DNA of 45,121 bases from Candidatus Woesearchaeota archaeon (GTDB taxonomy: Archaea > Nanobdellota > Nanobdellia > Woesearchaeales > SKGA01): contig SKGA01000030.1 of assembly GCA_007117735.1 (NCBI GenBank), forward strand, positions 1 to 45,121. Direction: 5' to 3'. The translations under genes and the position numbers were made by a program. This document shows, in pieces, positions 9,880-17,999 of the stretch (position 1 is its first letter; each line of letters opens with the position of its first letter). The notes under the pieces were generated by a model, which was given only the letters and a program-made list of their open reading frames with translations, did not search any database and was not told the origin of the DNA.

Positions 9880-10259
9880 ATTTGAAAGAATGGACAAAAG
9901 AATTTATTCGATTCAAAGATTGTATGAAACGACAAATCATTACTCTAGAAGAAACAGAGAAAGGGTTTCTGGTAGAGGAAAAGAAAGAAGTGAAACACTA
10001 CCTTGTACAAGAAGATCTGACCTTGCCAGAAGAAAGAAGTGAGAAAACATTTATTATGACCATGCATACAAAAGAGAATGTGCAAGTATTAAAAGATCAA
10101 TGGGAAGTATTTGCCAAAGAAAAAACACTCACCATTTATTTTGTTAACATAAAAACAAATGAAAAATGGCATATTCAACCATACATTCACGCAAAGATAA
10201 CAGAAGATATTGAAAAAAGCATCGATATCCTTTCTGAACAAATACAGGTTTATTTATGA
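9876..10259 (+). CDS. Hypothetical protein
   Basis: 127 aa; ATGA-coupled on both sides. Confidence 0.75.
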   Translation: MNLKEWTKEFIRFKDCMKRQIITLEETEKGFLVEEKKEVKHYLVQEDLTLPEERSEKTFIMTMHTKENVQVLKDQWEVFAKEKTLTIYFVNIKTNEKWHIQPYIHAKITEDIEKSIDILSEQIQVYL

Positions 10260-10960
10260 AAACAAAAATAACAACAGGAACAGAGAGTTTTGATTGGCTC
10301 TTAGAAGGAGGGTATGAAAAAGAAGTTATTACCACTGTCTACGGTCCTGCAGGAAGCGGTAAAACAAATCTTTGTTTACTCTGCGCAAGCGCAATACAAG
10401 AAAAAAAAGTAATCTATATTGACACCGAAGGATCCTTCTCTCTCTCACGATTCAGACAAATCACCGATAATGTTGAAGAAAAACTAGAACATATTATCAT
10501 CTTTAAACCAACAACGTTTCAGGAGCAAAAACAAGCCTTTCAAGAGCTTAAAAAAATAAACCATGCAAATACTGCAATTATTATTGTTGACTCCATAGCG
10601 ATGCTTTATCGCCTTGAGATGGGACAAACAAAGAACGTCTATGAAGTAAACCGACAATTAGGAATGCAACTCTCCCTATTAACAGAAATTGCAAGAAAAA
10701 ACAACATTCCCATTTTACTCACAAACCAAGTCTACAAAGACTTTGAAGACAAAGATAAAATAAATATTGTAGGTGGAGACTTACTTAAATATCAAAGTAA
10801 ATGTTTAATTGAATTACAAATACAACCTGATGGAACACGAAAAGCGATTATCAAAAAACATCGAAGTATAGAAGAAAATAAATCAATTTTATTTAAAATT
10901 GTCAATTTAGGATTTGAACTCGTAGAGGAAGAAGATGAAGAAACAAACACTTCTTTTTGA
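10256..10960 (+). CDS. radB: DNA repair protein RadB
   Basis: RecA core without N-terminal HhH domain; Walker A GPAGSGKT, YIDTEG, IVDS, TNQV and the RadB-specific KHR motif. Confidence 0.93.
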   Translation: MKTKITTGTESFDWLLEGGYEKEVITTVYGPAGSGKTNLCLLCASAIQEKKVIYIDTEGSFSLSRFRQITDNVEEKLEHIIIFKPTTFQEQKQAFQELKKINHANTAIIIVDSIAMLYRLEMGQTKNVYEVNRQLGMQLSLLTEIARKNNIPILLTNQVYKDFEDKDKINIVGGDLLKYQSKCLIELQIQPDGTRKAIIKKHRSIEENKSILFKIVNLGFELVEEEDEETNTSF

Positions 10961-11543
10961 TTTTGACGGAACACTTATTGACAGTCAAGGAATCATACAA
11001 CGATACGTAGAACATTTATTTAAAGAATATCAAGTCATTCTTAGCGAAGAAGAAAACTTTGCGACACAAGGAATGAGCATCACCTCATTTGCACAATGGA
11101 TCGAAAAACATAAAAAAATTGTTATACCTGAAGAAGAACTTACTGTCACTGATCCAAACTATCTTGAGCGAATACAACCATTTCCAGGAATACAATCAAC
11201 ACTCGCGCTCTTAAAAAGTAAAAAATACAAAATGGCGATTGTAAGTAATTCGCCACGAGAATATGTAGAACTGTTATTACGAAAATATAATCTCGAACAT
11301 TATTTTGGCTCCGTAATCACCGAGGATGAAGCTCCGCCAAAACCCAACCCGCAAATGCTAAGCATGGCGATGAACGAACTAGAAGTAACAAGCGAAGACT
11401 GTGTAATGATAGATGATAATGCTCCAGGAATCGAAGCAGCAAACAATCTAGGAATTTACACGGTAAGAATAGGAAAAGAACAAGGAGCAGCAAATGAACG
11501 AATAAACAGCGTTGAAGAATTACTAGAAATTTTAGAAAAATAA
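10935..11543 (+). CDS. HAD-superfamily phosphatase
   Basis: FDFDGTLID, VSNS, KPNP and IDD..GIEAA motifs. Confidence 0.9.
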   Translation: MKKQTLLFDFDGTLIDSQGIIQRYVEHLFKEYQVILSEEENFATQGMSITSFAQWIEKHKKIVIPEEELTVTDPNYLERIQPFPGIQSTLALLKSKKYKMAIVSNSPREYVELLLRKYNLEHYFGSVITEDEAPPKPNPQMLSMAMNELEVTSEDCVMIDDNAPGIEAANNLGIYTVRIGKEQGAANERINSVEELLEILEK

Positions 11544-11570
11544 GAGGTTAAAAAACCTCAAAAAAAATGT

Positions 11571-12170
11571 TTACTCCTCAGAAAAATCTTCAGGAGTTTT
11601 ATCAAATGCTTGATTTTCATTAATTAACCCTTTTAACTCAAGGAACTTCTTAGCAAGAAGATAAAAAACTAAACCTAAACTTTTCTTTCCTTTATTATTA
11701 CAAGGAATAACGAAATCAACATTATTAACAGGATTGTTCGTGTCACATAAAGCAACAACAGGAATACCCATATTAACTGCGTCTTTTACCGCGTTCTTAT
11801 CAGGACCAACATCAGTCACCAACATGATTTTTCCTTCAATAAAGTCTTTTAATTGAGGATTAGTTAGAACACCAGGCGGGTAACGACCAGCAAAGTATTT
11901 TGTACCAGTTAAACTTGCAAACATACGAACAGGTCTCCAACCATTTTCTCGACGAGAAACAACAATGATATCCTCAGGATCGTACTTTGCCAATAATTGA
12001 GCAGCAAGTAAAATTCGTTGATCGATTTCCTTAATGTTTAATACGGACAATCCATCAGTTCGTGTTTTGTAGATGAACTTTTCCATATATTTTGTTCGGA
12101 ACTTTGTACCAATATGAATACCTGATTTTAAGTATTCTTCTGTTTGAATTAACGTAGTTTCTTCTGACAT
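11571..12170 (-). CDS. rps2: 30S ribosomal protein uS2
   Basis: YLKSGIHIGTK, GRYPPGVLTNP, IPCNNKG. Confidence 0.97.
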   Translation of the reverse strand: MSEETTLIQTEEYLKSGIHIGTKFRTKYMEKFIYKTRTDGLSVLNIKEIDQRILLAAQLLAKYDPEDIIVVSRRENGWRPVRMFASLTGTKYFAGRYPPGVLTNPQLKDFIEGKIMLVTDVGPDKNAVKDAVNMGIPVVALCDTNNPVNNVDFVIPCNNKGKKSLGLVFYLLAKKFLELKGLINENQAFDKTPEDFSEE

Positions 12171-12309
12171 TTTATTAAACCGTCTGCGCGTAAGAATTAG
12201 ATCTTAGCACATTTTTCACCCGTGCATATGTGAAAAAGCATGAAGCAAAAAGCCAGGCATACACCTTTACTTTTTCACTAGGTTATGAAAAAAAGAAAAG
12301 AAGACTCAT

Positions 12310-12636
12310 TTATAAAAGTTCGTCTTCTTCATCATCAGCCCCAAAGTCCTCAGAATCATTCTCTGTGGTTAATAATTCCTTGATTTCAGGGTCAACTTCT
12401 TCCTTTTTAGGAGCAAAAGGGTTCTTAGGAGGATCAAGTTTCTCAACCAACTCTCCAAAAGCAACTTTTGCAAGAACTTTCGTTATTTTGATACGAATAT
12501 AATCGCCTTTTTTCACTCCAGGGACAAAAACAACAAATCCATTGATTCGTAAAATTCCGTCACCCTTCTCACCTACATTCTCAACGAATGCGGTATGTTT
12601 TTCTCCTTCAGATACAGGTGGTGTTTTTTGATTCAT
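12310..12636 (-). CDS. Single TRAM-domain RNA-binding protein with acidic tail
   Basis: PPVSEGE...VGEKGDGI.RINGFVVFVPG. Confidence 0.9.
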   Translation of the reverse strand: MNQKTPPVSEGEKHTAFVENVGEKGDGILRINGFVVFVPGVKKGDYIRIKITKVLAKVAFGELVEKLDPPKNPFAPKKEEVDPEIKELLTTENDSEDFGADDEEDELL

Positions 12637-12667
12637 AGTTAGAAAACCTCAAAAAAAAGAAAAAAAA

Positions 12668-13480
12668 TCATTGTTTAAGTGGCTTTAATGTAGTCCAAGC
12701 CATATCAAACAATTGATCAAGCGCCTTAGCAAAGAACGGCGTATTTACCCAGATACCAATATCGTAGGTCGGGTGTACATGATCATCATGCATAACCATA
12801 AACAATACTTCAGTACCATCAACGATGATAAATCGAGCATCAATATGATCGATGTTTCTTAGTTCTGCAACGCCTTCAAGATCTTTAGCAACCTCTTTTG
12901 CACCATCAGAATCAAGCGGAGCAGCAATTCTAATTTTTACTCCTCGCTTTTTTAATTCCTCAAGTGTAGGTTTTAATGCCTCAACCTTTCGAATAAGACC
13001 TTGAGCAGTAGACATAATGGTAACTGATTCTTCAGCACCACGAATAGTAAATTCCATGTGATTGTATAAATTCATACGACCTCGAAGAGAACCAGAAAGA
13101 TCAGTTGGTTCAACAAGTTCAACGCCTTGAGTATGAAGAGAACTTAACTCATCAAGAAGGTCGGTTTCTTTAAGATCATCTAATTTTTTAATATGAGATT
13201 CAGTGTCAGATAGTAAATTTTTCTTTACGCGTTCTAAAACTTCATGAGGAGGCACTGCAATGTATTTAATTGGCTTACCAATCTTCATAACAACAAAACC
13301 TTTTTTCTCCAAAGATTCTAGAACATCATAGCTTCTACTACGTGGAACATTAGCAATGTCGGATAATTCTCCAGCAGTACTTACACCTCTACTGAGTAAT
13401 GCCGTCCACACTTTTGCCTCGTATAAATTAAGCGAAAAGTAGCGTCGAAGCTTACCTAAAAATTCATCTTTTACTATCAT
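12668..13480 (-). CDS. TrmB-family transcriptional regulator / chromatin protein
   Basis: LNLYEAKVWTALL...VPRSRSYDVLESLEKKGF wHTH followed by a PLD-like C-terminal domain. Confidence 0.9.
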   Translation of the reverse strand: MIVKDEFLGKLRRYFSLNLYEAKVWTALLSRGVSTAGELSDIANVPRSRSYDVLESLEKKGFVVMKIGKPIKYIAVPPHEVLERVKKNLLSDTESHIKKLDDLKETDLLDELSSLHTQGVELVEPTDLSGSLRGRMNLYNHMEFTIRGAEESVTIMSTAQGLIRKVEALKPTLEELKKRGVKIRIAAPLDSDGAKEVAKDLEGVAELRNIDHIDARFIIVDGTEVLFMVMHDDHVHPTYDIGIWVNTPFFAKALDQLFDMAWTTLKPLKQ

Positions 13481-13569
13481 TTAAACTTTCCTCCAAAAAA
13501 GGACCTCACCTTTTCTAAACAAGACTTAGTTCTTACTACTATTTATATGTTACTATTTTTAACTCTATC

Positions 13570-14418
13570 TCAATAGTTACACCTTTTATCCGATGAGCAC
13601 GCGATAATATAACAAACTTCGTTAGAAAAAAAGAGAGTTTTGAATTCCCAATTCTGACGAGCGCAAAACTGCTCGAACCAAGAACGTTTAGAAATATCAA
13701 TTGCATTTTTTCCACCAATAGAAACTAAGGGAAAGGTAACTACAAGAAACGAACAAGAAAGAGAAGCAAGAAGTTTCTTAGAACTATGACGCTCTTGAGA
13801 TTCAAAAGAATCAAGCGCTTTGAATAAAAACACTACATCAAAAAAAGAATCTTTAATTTCCTCTTGAAACTCTTGACTGATAGCAGAAGCTGCAAAGGTT
13901 TTTCCTTGTAGAGAGCGAGAAGAGAAAAAAGATTGAATTGTATCCATGTCTTGAGAAGAAAGATCAGAAGCAACATAATACGTTGGAGGTCGAGGCATAT
14001 ATACTACAGCAAGAGGATTATAACCGCAAGCAATATCAAGAACAGAAAACTCTTGAGGTAAACCATTTGCATCTAAGACCTCGAAAATTTTTTGATAAAA
14101 CTCTTTGTAAAAAGATAAGCGTTCTTCAGTAGACCGATGAAGAGAAAGAAAGGAATCAACATCACCAGATTTTTGAAGATCAGTTTTATGAAGAGGACGA
14201 TGAAGAAATAAACCATACATGGTTCGAAGTTCTGAACGAATAAGACGAAACGACTCTTTTATTTTTTTATTACGAAGAGCTTGTTGAAACGAAGAATATT
14301 TTGAAAAATCAAAAGAAGAACAATGTTTTTTGATAAGAGGAAGAATAGTCGCGTCATCCAAAGAAGAAAGTTCTTTTTTTTCTTTAATATGCGCAAGCAT
14401 ATCTTGAAGAAATATCAT
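13570..14418 (-). CDS. 16S rRNA methyltransferase of the FmrO/Sgm/ArmA/RmtB family (m7G1405-type)
   Basis: Family motifs in order: LSLHRSTEERL, VLDIACGYNPLA, DVVFLFKALDSFE, VVTFPLVSIGG. ATG 14418 overlaps the pelota stop (ATGA). Confidence 0.8.
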   Translation of the reverse strand: MIFLQDMLAHIKEKKELSSLDDATILPLIKKHCSSFDFSKYSSFQQALRNKKIKESFRLIRSELRTMYGLFLHRPLHKTDLQKSGDVDSFLSLHRSTEERLSFYKEFYQKIFEVLDANGLPQEFSVLDIACGYNPLAVVYMPRPPTYYVASDLSSQDMDTIQSFFSSRSLQGKTFAASAISQEFQEEIKDSFFDVVFLFKALDSFESQERHSSKKLLASLSCSFLVVTFPLVSIGGKNAIDISKRSWFEQFCARQNWEFKTLFFSNEVCYIIACSSDKRCNY

Positions 14419-15458
14419 ATTTTCCATCGAAGTATACCTACTACGCCACCAAGACCATCAATAGTCTGAACGAGATCAGGAGAAAAAATAATATGAACAT
14501 CCCCTTTAGCAGCATCAACGGATTGTAAGAGTTCATCAAGAGTCGCGAATAAACCTTCTTCTTTTTGTTTTTGCATGAAAGAATCGGAAACAAGAATGGA
14601 AGCAACAGCACCAATTTCTGCAGCTTTGGAAACGTCAGCAAGACCATAAGCAAGTTGTTCTTTAGCAAGAGCATGAATGGCAGCATCAACTTGTTCTTGT
14701 TCATGAGATAAACGTTGATCCTTGAGTAAAGATTTTAATTCTTGACGAGCAAGTAATTTTACAACCGCACCCTTATGAACAGCATGTGTTGTTACCATAA
14801 CAGATTTTTTCTTTAAATCAGCAGGAAGTTTTTTTTGAAGAGAAGAATGCCAAAAAGCAGGAGAAGCAAAAACAAGAGAAGAAATATCATTTGTTTGTAA
14901 AAGATTTTGCACCGAAGCAATTAATTCATCAACGATAGAATCTGAAGCAGAAGTAGCGTACTGTTTATTTTGCACCTCGGCCTTTGAAGAACCAAGATGA
15001 CGAATACCTTGTTGGGAAACTAAAGAATATAAAGCTTCTTCACGATCAAAAAGCACGACAAGAATATGTTGAGCAGTGTTTGCAGCAGCTTCTTCAAATT
15101 TTTTCTGAACATAAGAAGGCCAAGAAGGTTTTGTTAATGCTAACGTGTCATGAAGTTTGAAAGAAATACTATGAAACGAACCGATAGGAACATCATCATG
15201 TTCTTTTGCAACGGTACCTTTTACACGTAATTCATCAGAAGAAAAAGAAACATCCTCAACCGTAAGAGAGAGATGCATTATTTTACGGACAACAGAAGAA
15301 CGAGAGTCACTCCCATCACCGATTTTTATTTTTCGCTCAGTTTTGCCTTTCACGATATCTCCAGGAGAAATAATGTGAGAAAGATACCAAAAATCATCCT
15401 GTAAAGAGAGTTTTACAACAACATCTCCCTGGCGAAAATTCTTTTTTACAACAATCAT
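14415..15458 (-). CDS. pelA: Pelota/Dom34 ribosome rescue factor
   Basis: DDFWYLSHII.PGD.V...TERK, GSFHSI, LAYG, GLGGVVGILRW; start reset to MIVVKK at 15458. Confidence 0.93.
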   Translation of the reverse strand: MIVVKKNFRQGDVVVKLSLQDDFWYLSHIISPGDIVKGKTERKIKIGDGSDSRSSVVRKIMHLSLTVEDVSFSSDELRVKGTVAKEHDDVPIGSFHSISFKLHDTLALTKPSWPSYVQKKFEEAAANTAQHILVVLFDREEALYSLVSQQGIRHLGSSKAEVQNKQYATSASDSIVDELIASVQNLLQTNDISSLVFASPAFWHSSLQKKLPADLKKKSVMVTTHAVHKGAVVKLLARQELKSLLKDQRLSHEQEQVDAAIHALAKEQLAYGLADVSKAAEIGAVASILVSDSFMQKQKEEGLFATLDELLQSVDAAKGDVHIIFSPDLVQTIDGLGGVVGILRWKI

Positions 15459-15560
15459 AGATAAGAAAAAAAGAAGAGAGTATAAAAAAGTTACCTCTCC
15501 CAAGAAAAAAAGTAATAGATAACCATGCTCTTGAGAAAGAACAGGCACCTTAATTTAAAA

Positions 15561-16502
15561 CTAAACGTCTCGAATACCTTCAGTAACGATTTCAAAGACA
15601 CATTCACTATCAGGAAGATTTGGACTGTCGATAAGTTTACCAACACGAGTTCCCTTCTTACCTTTTCGTAAATAGACTCTAAATGTACTGTTATGGCCAA
15701 CGATGTTTCCACCAATAGCTTCAGTAGGATCTCCAAAGAACGCATCCGGCTTTGCCATTACTTGATTAGTTACATAAATGCAAAGATTATGAATATCAGC
15801 AATTTTTGCAAGCGTATGCATGTGTTTGTTTAGTTTTTGTTGTCGTTCTGCCAAAGTACCTCGACCAACAAACTCAGCTCGAAAATGAGCAGTAAGGCTA
15901 TCAACCACTACTAAACGAACAGCGTTACCGTCTTTAATTAACTCTTCAACTTTTTCAGCCAAAAGCATTTGATGATCAGAGTTAAATGCACGAGCAACTT
16001 TAATCCGTTTGAGAGTTTCTTCAGGATCAAGACCTAAACCAGTAGCTATTTGTTGAATTCTATCGGGACGAAAAGTATTTTCTGTATCGATAAAAACAGC
16101 AACCGCGTCAGGGTCGTTAACTTGACAACTCACACAAAGAACGTGAGCGATTTGTGTCTTTGAACTACCATACTGACCAAAACACTCGGAAATAGCTCCC
16201 GTTTCAAAGCCACCGCCAAGCATTTGATCAAAACTCTCACTACCTGTAGAAATTTTAATCACTTTTTTCCTTTTTTCAAAAACATCGTTTCCAGACTGGA
16301 AACCCATATCCATCATTGAACGAGCGGCTTGAATCATTTTTCTCGCAGCAGTTTCAGTAACACCTGAAGCATCGGTAAGTTCTCCAGGAGTTGCTACCGC
16401 GATAGCCATTAAATTATCAAAACCACCTAAGATTAGTTTTTCAGAGGTTGCTGCACCTACACCAGGTAAGTCTTCAATTCCTAATTCTTTTTTTGCAGCC
16501 AT
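15561..16502 (-). CDS. radA: Recombinase RadA
   Basis: N-terminal HhH (IEDLPGVG), Walker A GQYGSSKT, DSLTAHFRAEFVGRGTLAERQQKL, TFRVYLRK; no intein. Confidence 0.97.
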   Translation of the reverse strand: MAAKKELGIEDLPGVGAATSEKLILGGFDNLMAIAVATPGELTDASGVTETAARKMIQAARSMMDMGFQSGNDVFEKRKKVIKISTGSESFDQMLGGGFETGAISECFGQYGSSKTQIAHVLCVSCQVNDPDAVAVFIDTENTFRPDRIQQIATGLGLDPEETLKRIKVARAFNSDHQMLLAEKVEELIKDGNAVRLVVVDSLTAHFRAEFVGRGTLAERQQKLNKHMHTLAKIADIHNLCIYVTNQVMAKPDAFFGDPTEAIGGNIVGHNSTFRVYLRKGKKGTRVGKLIDSPNLPDSECVFEIVTEGIRDV

Positions 16503-16503
16503 T

Positions 16504-16782
16504 TTAATCCTCATCAATACTCATTTCTTTTTCTTGAAGAGAGATATATTCATAGGCCTTTTGAAGGACAAGAACTGCCTTTGGAAGATCATTTACACGA
16601 AGAGAGGAAGTAGTTTTCCAAACGCCGTCTTTATCTTTATAGGTTCGTTCCAGAGAAATTGTACGATATAAATGAGGTTCTCCCTCTTTTGTTGTTACTT
16701 CATTCGTCCAGATTGTCGCTGCAATTGGACTCGCTCTGAATTTCTTTTCAGGCGTATTTTTATCCATATTTAATGTATCCAT
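16504..16782 (-). CDS. Small conserved protein, PC4-like putative ssDNA-binding fold
   Basis: IAATIWTN...ISLERTYKDKDGVWKTTSSL...DLPKAVLVL: beta-strands plus C-terminal helix with exposed W/Y; stop lies 1 nt before the radA ATG. Confidence 0.65.
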   Translation of the reverse strand: MDTLNMDKNTPEKKFRASPIAATIWTNEVTTKEGEPHLYRTISLERTYKDKDGVWKTTSSLRVNDLPKAVLVLQKAYEYISLQEKEMSIDED

Positions 16783-16880
16783 TTTTTCATCTCCTTGGTT
16801 TTCCCTTCTTATTTCACTTTTTACAGCGTATCGCTGCCAAAAAGGGAGTGAAAACTCTACTTGTACTAAGTCAAGGGTTG

Positions 16881-16910
16881 TTTATATAAGTTATTTGCAA
16901 ATGTCCAGTG
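16881..16910 (-). promoter_or_regulatory. TATA box of the PC4-like/radA operon with upstream element CACTGGACA
   Basis: Minus strand reads CACTGGACATTTGCAAATAACTTATATAAA. Confidence 0.6.
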
Positions 16911-17011
16911 TATTTTTTGTCCAAGGAAAAGAGATCAAAAATAAGGAGAACAATTCAGTTAAACAGAAGGAAGAGAGAAGTGATTTGAGAAAGTATAGGA
17001 AAACGTATATC

Positions 17012-17142
17012 AGTCTCATTTTGAGACTCTTTTAACACCCCTTTGTTTCATATGGAAACCCTTAAATAAATAAAAATAAGTAAAAGTTAAGTCTCAGTCT
17101 CAAGTTGAGACTCAATATACAGTCTCAGTTTGAGACTGAGAC
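17012..17142. repeat. Three perfect 17-bp palindromes AGTCTCA-N3-TGAGACT (17012-17028, 17096-17112, 17121-17137) plus flanking extra half-sites
   Basis: Read directly; 17091-17103 GTCTCAGTCTCAA and 17130-17142 TTGAGACTGAGAC also form a perfect 13-bp inverted repeat. Confidence 0.95.
17037..17057 (-). promoter_or_regulatory. ORB-like Orc1/Cdc6 binding element with G-string
   Basis: Minus strand TTCCATATGAAACAAAGGGGT versus the archaeal ORB pattern TTCCAGTGGAAAC-AAAGGGG. Confidence 0.7.
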
Positions 17143-17197
17143 AAAAGATAAAAACAAGAGAAAAGATATAAAAAGATCAAGCCATTTTACTCTCTTT

Positions 17198-17647
17198 ATG
17201 AGGGGAATTAGTGAAAAACAATACAATCAAGCCGTACAATCACTACAAAAGCGCATACAACGGCTAAAAAAACAACTTCTTGAACAACAAACAACCCCTC
17301 AAGAGATGAAAACAGAAGAATTCTTTGAAGAACCAATGCGAGAAGAAGAACCAGTCTCAAACCCTTCAAACTCAATAAAACAACGAGAAGAAGCCTCGTC
17401 TCGGGTTGAGACTCGGCAAGAAATACAAATTTTTATGAGTAAAAAAGACCAAATAAAACACTATATTCAACAACTTCTACGAGAACGACAACGAAGCACC
17501 ATAGGACTCAAAACACAGCTCGTTGATCAAGAAAGACTCTGTTCAAAAGCAAGTTTTTACCGATATATGGAAGAACTACGAACAGAAAGAAAAATTCAAA
17601 TAATAGAAAAAGAAAAAAAAGAATATAACGTGCTTATTTCTTTGTAG
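17198..17647 (+). CDS. Coiled-coil plus C-terminal winged-helix DNA-binding protein (149 aa)
   Basis: TATA (GATATAAAAA, about 17165-17174) precedes ATG 17198; N-terminal coiled coil; wHTH-like C-terminus LVDQERLCSKASFYRYMEELRTERKIQII. Confidence 0.75.
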   Translation: MRGISEKQYNQAVQSLQKRIQRLKKQLLEQQTTPQEMKTEEFFEEPMREEEPVSNPSNSIKQREEASSRVETRQEIQIFMSKKDQIKHYIQQLLRERQRSTIGLKTQLVDQERLCSKASFYRYMEELRTERKIQIIEKEKKEYNVLISL

Positions 17648-17930
17648 AAGCACGCTTAACTGGTTTTGGTCCTGGAGTTCGTGCAGCACCTTTTTCTTCA
17701 ACAAGAATATCTTGTTCTTTAAGTGCAGCAACAACAGCTTTATGATCAGCTCCAGAAGCAATAGCGACTGTTTTTGATGTTGGTTCTAAATGGTGTACAT
17801 TACATTTTCTTCGACGGGTTTGACCGTCAATAGTAACGTAACCATTACCTTCATCTGCAACAATAACGCAATACTTACCAGCGTCTCGTCCAGCTAGTTT
17901 TATACAAACTCTACCGATTGTGAATAGCAT
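17634..17930 (-). CDS. rpl14e: 50S ribosomal protein eL14
   Basis: IGRVCIKLAGRDAGKYCVIV, RRRKCNVHHLEPT. Confidence 0.95.
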   Translation of the reverse strand: MLFTIGRVCIKLAGRDAGKYCVIVADEGNGYVTIDGQTRRRKCNVHHLEPTSKTVAIASGADHKAVVAALKEQDILVEEKGAARTPGPKPVKRASTKK

Positions 17931-17999
17931 TTTTGGTTACCTCCAACTCATATTTATTCAAGATAGGTCGCCCATATCTTGCGAGATGGCTAGAAAAGA

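Noticed and set aside
15459..15548. Hydrophobic N-terminal extension on pelota suggesting a membrane anchor
   Set aside because: It derives from the T-rich terminator/promoter region after radA; pelota homology starts at 15458.
17012..17142. Palindrome cluster as a CRISPR array or IS/MITE ends
   Set aside because: Units are 17 bp with irregular gaps (67 and 8 bp); no cas genes, transposase or target-site duplication is visible.
17105..17197. ORF-track N-terminal extension (TTG start) of the wHTH gene
   Set aside because: It runs through the palindromes and the TATA box; ATG 17198 fits leaderless spacing.
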